The notes under the pieces: model-generated
The model's database searches: none
Told to the model about the DNA's origin: nothing
The model's input: the letters and a program-made list of their open reading frames with translations, nothing else
Assembly (NCBI GenBank): GCA_045628045.1
Contig: JAZQOV010000006.1
Coordinates: 128,001 to 192,000 of the forward strand
Reading direction: 5' to 3'
DNA: 64,000 bases
DNA from: Bacilli bacterium
Lineage (GTDB): Bacteria > Bacillota_I > Bacilli_A > RFN20 > CAG-826
Part shown: one piece after another, positions 60,292 through 64,000 of the stretch
How the letters are laid out: the number at the start of each line of letters is the position of its first letter
Numbering within the stretch: position 1 is the first letter of the stretch
Made by a program: the position numbers and the translations under genes

Positions 60292-60630
60292 TTAATTAAA
60301 AGGATTAAATATTTCCTCATTTATTTTATCATAAAGTTTTCTAACTTTTTTAAATTGATTGTTATACATCATAACAAGCTCATTTTTATCAAGCTCAAGC
60401 TTTGCTTGATGTAGTACTTTTTGGGCTGCTAAAACTTCATCTGAATTCTCTCCAAAATATCGCATTGCATCTTCATATTTTGTGATAGCGATATCTTTCT
60501 TGTAAGCAAGCTTCATAACTTCATCATTTTCATTCAAAAGTTTGTCTAATTCGTTAAGTTTTATAACATCAGGATGATTTTCAATTTCGCTTTTAAGTAA
60601 ATCGAGTTTATCAGCTAAAATTTCATTCAT
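60292..60630 (-). CDS. YlbF/YmcA family regulator
   Basis: All-helical ~112-aa protein upstream of rsmD-coaD as in Bacilli; TGgTATCAT-6 nt-ATG at 60630. Confidence 0.7.
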   Translation of the reverse strand: MNEILADKLDLLKSEIENHPDVIKLNELDKLLNENDEVMKLAYKKDIAITKYEDAMRYFGENSDEVLAAQKVLHQAKLELDKNELVMMYNNQFKKVRKLYDKINEEIFNPFN

Positions 60631-60676
60631 GCTTTTATGATACCAAATTATATTCATTTATGATAGAATTTGATGC

Positions 60677-61234
60677 ATGAAGATATATTTCAAAATTGTT
60701 AAAGATTCAGAACCTTCATTAAGACAAAAATGTGAGGAAATAACCGAAATAACACCAGAAATTGTGCAACTTCTTAATGATATGCATGATTATTTAGTGG
60801 ATTCTCAAGACGAAGAAATATCAAAAAAGTATCACATTAGAAGCGGAGTTGGTTTAGCAGCTCCTCAAATTGGTAAGAACATTAAAGCAATTGCTGTTTA
60901 TTTTAAAGAAAGAACAGATGAAGGCGAAATTATAGTTGATCACCGCCTTGTTAACCCAAAAATAATTTTAGAATCAGTAAAAGAAACATACCTTGAAGAT
61001 GGGGAAGGCTGCCTTTCAGTAGACAATGTCCATGAAGGATATGTCTATAGACATAACAAGATACAAGTTAAGGCATTTAACGTCAAAACAATGAAAGAAG
61101 AAATAATCACTGCACGTGGTTATGAAGCCATTGTTTTACAACACGAAATTGACCATTTAAGTGGAATTCTTTACTACGATAGAATTGATAAAAAAGATCC
61201 ATTTAATAAAAAAGAAGACGCAATTAGACTCTAG
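60677..61234 (+). CDS. def: Peptide deformylase (type II)
   Basis: GVGLAAPQIG, EGCLS, QHEIDHL. Confidence 0.97.
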   Translation: MKIYFKIVKDSEPSLRQKCEEITEITPEIVQLLNDMHDYLVDSQDEEISKKYHIRSGVGLAAPQIGKNIKAIAVYFKERTDEGEIIVDHRLVNPKIILESVKETYLEDGEGCLSVDNVHEGYVYRHNKIQVKAFNVKTMKEEIITARGYEAIVLQHEIDHLSGILYYDRIDKKDPFNKKEDAIRL

Positions 61235-61236
61235 TC

Positions 61237-61264
61237 TTGACAAAGACTAATTTTAAACTAAAAT
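61237..61264 (+). promoter_or_regulatory. sigma-A promoter of rnj-maf
   Basis: TTGACA (61237-61242), 16 nt, TAAAAT (61259-61264); overlaps hairpin TAGTCTT-GACA-AAGACTA after def. Confidence 0.6.
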
Positions 61265-61314
61265 ATTATTGCTTTTTATAGCAACGAAAATAATTCATCT
61301 ATTGGAGGAAATTT

Positions 61315-62982
61315 ATGGCTATTTCCGAATCTCCAATTTGCATATATGCCTTAGGCGGTTTGTGTGAAGTTGGTAAAAACACTTATTGTATTGAATCAGA
61401 AAACTCCATCGTAATTATCGATGCTGGAGTTCTTTTCCCAAGCGGAGATTTACCAGGAGTTGACTATGTCATTCCTGATTACTCAAAACTTAAAAACTCA
61501 CGTCAAAAAGTAAAAGCGTTATTTATAACGCACGGACACGAAGACCACATTGGAGGCATTCCATTTTTGGTCCAATCTTTACATATTCCAGTAATTTATG
61601 CTCCAAGACTCGCCATAAAGCTCATTAGACATAAATTAGATGACATGAAAGTTCGTGAAGAAGTTAATCTTGTTGAATACGATGCAGACTCAGTTATAAA
61701 TGTAGCTGAATTTAAATTCAGCTTCTTCCAAGTAACTCACTCTATTCCAGATTCATATGGAATTGTCGTAGACACTCCACAAGGAAGAATTGTTCATACA
61801 GGAGACTTTAAGATTGATTTAACTCCTGTTGGACAAAAGATTGAGTTATCAAAGATAGCTCAAATAGGAGATAAAGGCGTTGATTTACTTCTTAGTGACT
61901 CCACAAACGCAGAAATTGAAGGTTACACTCCAAGTGAGAAAAACGTATTAAATTCAATTAAAAATATATTTAAGCACGCACACGGAAGACTTATTTTGTC
62001 TACATTCTCCTCAAATATCTCTCGTATTGAGCAGATTTGTGAGGTTGCAGTCTCATATAATAGAAAAATTGCGATTATTGGAAGATCAATGGAAGCCGCA
62101 GTTCAAGCTGCAAGAGACTTTGGTTACATCAAAGTTCCTGATACATCGTTCATTCCAATAAGCGAAGTAAATGAATTCAAACTAAATGAAGTTTGTATTT
62201 TGTGTACAGGTTCTCAAGGAGAACCTATGGCAGCGTTATCTCGTATCGCCAATGATGAACACAAAGAATTAAAGATAATTCCTGGAGATACAATTGTTTT
62301 CTCATCAAGTGCTATTCCAGGAAATGGCATATTTATTGATAAGGTTGTTAACCAACTTGTTAAAAAAGGTGCTACTGTTATGACTAACTCAGTTTTATAT
62401 GCAGTACACTCATCTGGCCACCCATCAAAACAAGAATTAAGAATCATGCTTCACCTTATTCATCCAAAGTATTTCATGCCAATTCATGGTGAATATAGAA
62501 TGCTAAAAATACACGGAGAAATCGCAGAATCCCTGGGAATTCCCGCACAAAATGTATTTGTAATGGATAATGGTGACTCACTCGTTTTATCGAAACATCG
62601 TGTTGTAAAAGGACCACATTATGATGTTGATCCAGTCTACATTGATAGCAAGAATATTAATGGTACAAATGAGGCAGTTATTAAAGATAGGGAGATCATG
62701 AAAAATGATGGAATGATTACTGTCGCTGTATCAATTAATTCAAAAACATCAAAGATCATTGTTAACCCAAAATGTCTCACTAAAGCCTTTATAGCTAATG
62801 ACACAAATATGGTGAGAAAGATTGAAGACTTATGTCTTCAAAAGTTAAATGAAATAATGCCAACAAAGCCAAGCTTTGCAACCATTAAATCTGCGCTTAA
62901 GAAAGAAATATCACTTTACGTTTTAAGAAAAACAGAAAGGCAACCACTTATTATTCCAGTGGTTATGGATGAAAATTTATGA
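61315..62982 (+). CDS. rnj: Ribonuclease J
   Basis: LGGLCEVGKN, THGHEDHIG, HTGDFK, TGSQGEP, HSSGH, PIHGE. Confidence 0.97.
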   Translation: MAISESPICIYALGGLCEVGKNTYCIESENSIVIIDAGVLFPSGDLPGVDYVIPDYSKLKNSRQKVKALFITHGHEDHIGGIPFLVQSLHIPVIYAPRLAIKLIRHKLDDMKVREEVNLVEYDADSVINVAEFKFSFFQVTHSIPDSYGIVVDTPQGRIVHTGDFKIDLTPVGQKIELSKIAQIGDKGVDLLLSDSTNAEIEGYTPSEKNVLNSIKNIFKHAHGRLILSTFSSNISRIEQICEVAVSYNRKIAIIGRSMEAAVQAARDFGYIKVPDTSFIPISEVNEFKLNEVCILCTGSQGEPMAALSRIANDEHKELKIIPGDTIVFSSSAIPGNGIFIDKVVNQLVKKGATVMTNSVLYAVHSSGHPSKQELRIMLHLIHPKYFMPIHGEYRMLKIHGEIAESLGIPAQNVFVMDNGDSLVLSKHRVVKGPHYDVDPVYIDSKNINGTNEAVIKDREIMKNDGMITVAVSINSKTSKIIVNPKCLTKAFIANDTNMVRKIEDLCLQKLNEIMPTKPSFATIKSALKKEISLYVLRKTERQPLIIPVVMDENL

Positions 62983-63518
62983 TTATTCTCGCAAGTGAAT
63001 CTCCACGTAGAAAAGAATTAATTAAGAAGATTGTTAAGGATTTTACAGTAATTCCTGCAAATGTTGATGAATCTTCTCTTCACATCCCAGCATGTGACCT
63101 TCCAGGAGAACTATCTAAGCTAAAAGCTTATGATGTATTCGCTAAATACCCAAACGATACAGTTTTAGCATGTGATACAGTTGTTATTCTTGATGGAGTT
63201 GTGATGGGAAAACCTCACACAAAAGAAAAAGCATCTGAAATGCTTCATAAACTTTCTGGAAAAAGACATGTTGTTATTTCTGGATACACATTTGTTAATA
63301 AAAATGTAGAAATAACAAAAACTGTTAGAACTTATGTTTATTTTAATAAACTAAGTGATGAACTAATTGATAAATACATCGCTACAGGTTCTCCAATGGA
63401 TAAAGCTGGAGCGTATGGAATCCAAGATAAAGAATTTGATCTAGTAAATCACATTGAAGGAAGTTTCGATAATGTTATGGGACTTCCTACTGAAGATATT
63501 AAGAAACACTGCTTCTAA
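62979..63518 (+). CDS. maf: Maf family nucleoside triphosphate pyrophosphatase
   Basis: ILASESPRR, ACDTVV, GKP, DKAGAYGIQ, NVMGLP. Confidence 0.96.
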   Translation: MIILASESPRRKELIKKIVKDFTVIPANVDESSLHIPACDLPGELSKLKAYDVFAKYPNDTVLACDTVVILDGVVMGKPHTKEKASEMLHKLSGKRHVVISGYTFVNKNVEITKTVRTYVYFNKLSDELIDKYIATGSPMDKAGAYGIQDKEFDLVNHIEGSFDNVMGLPTEDIKKHCF

Positions 63519-63521
63519 AAC

Positions 63522-63546
63522 AAAAGGACACTTAGTGTCCTTTTTT
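63522..63546. terminator. Intrinsic terminator after maf (bidirectional)
   Basis: AAAAGGACAC-TTA-GTGTCCTTTT. Confidence 0.8.
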
Positions 63547-63675
63547 CTTACTTAATAATAAAATAACTAGAATTATTATTAGCAGCACTCCTGCAACAGA
63601 GATTGCTACATATAATCCGTTTTGTCTAAGCCATTCACTGAATGGATTATTAATGAGTTCACTTAATGTAACCAT
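63532..63675 (-). CDS. Small single-TM protein (47 aa), absent from the ORF track
   Basis: MVTLSELINNPFSEWLRQNGLYVAISVAGVLLIIILVILLLSKKKGH*; TGaTAACAT 6 nt upstream of ATG; fills the intergenic gap. Confidence 0.65.
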   Translation of the reverse strand: MVTLSELINNPFSEWLRQNGLYVAISVAGVLLIIILVILLLSKKKGH

Positions 63676-63702
63676 GTTAATATGTTATCATATTTTACGT
63701 TT

Positions 63703-64000
63703 ATGAGTACAAATCTTGAATTTGAAGCTAAATCAATGTTAGAAAAAAGCGAGTATGAATTACTCAAAAACGAGTTTTCAAGTTCCAAAAAATACACTCA
63801 GAAAAATTACTATTTGTCCTCTCCAAAACTCTCAAAAAATTTAGGCATGAGAGTAAGAGAAAAATCTCATAAATTTGAACTCACAATTAAGGTGGATTTA
63901 GGGGATCACAAAAAAGAAATAAATCAAAAAATATCCAGGATTTCCTGGGGATTTCTTAGATTTCTTCGTATTTTTCCAAAAGGCGAGGTTTCTTCATGTT
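63703..64000 (+). CDS. CYTH domain protein (YjbK-like), 3'-truncated by the window edge
   Basis: MSTNLEFEAK (ExExK), QKNYY, MRVREK, ELTIK. Confidence 0.85.
   Translation, partial: MSTNLEFEAKSMLEKSEYELLKNEFSSSKKYTQKNYYLSSPKLSKNLGMRVREKSHKFELTIKVDLGDHKKEINQKISRISWGFLRFLRIFPKGEVSSC

Overview
Low-GC, gene-dense chromosomal window, mostly housekeeping, from a genome-reduced Bacilli/Mollicutes-related bacterium. The lineage is inferred from gene content; the code is standard code 11, with TGA as stop. It contains T-box-thrS, L20-leader-infC(AUA start)-rpmI-rplT, ezrA-nifZ-thiI, S4-leader-rpsD, ccpA-tyrS, leuS-coaX-pepV-trmB-pncB, a shortened gmk-rlmN-prpC-prkC-rsgA-rpe operon, rqcH, PPi-type pfk followed by atpIBEFHAGDC-ppa-trmL, glpK, proS, coaD/rsmD, def, rnj, maf and four tRNAs (Asp-GTC, Gly-TCC, Ser-GCT, Ser-CGA). 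A more accessory stretch spans about 41.6-53.3 kb. No integrase, transposase, prophage or CRISPR array was seen. The best candidate for an undescribed system is a ~450 bp module just after tRNA-Gly (45798-46240). It has an orphan ~96-aa PemK/MazF-like ORF with no protein antitoxin, a predicted H-type pseudoknot that hides its Shine-Dalgarno, and a convergent ~70-nt structured RNA with its own extended -10 promoter. Other signals are many apparently leaderless mRNAs, a possibly leaderless tRNA-Ser(CGA), an F-ATPase with a Na+-type c subunit and a lipoprotein b subunit, and a PrkC kinase lacking TM/PASTA domains. All family assignments come from motif recognition by eye, not database searches.
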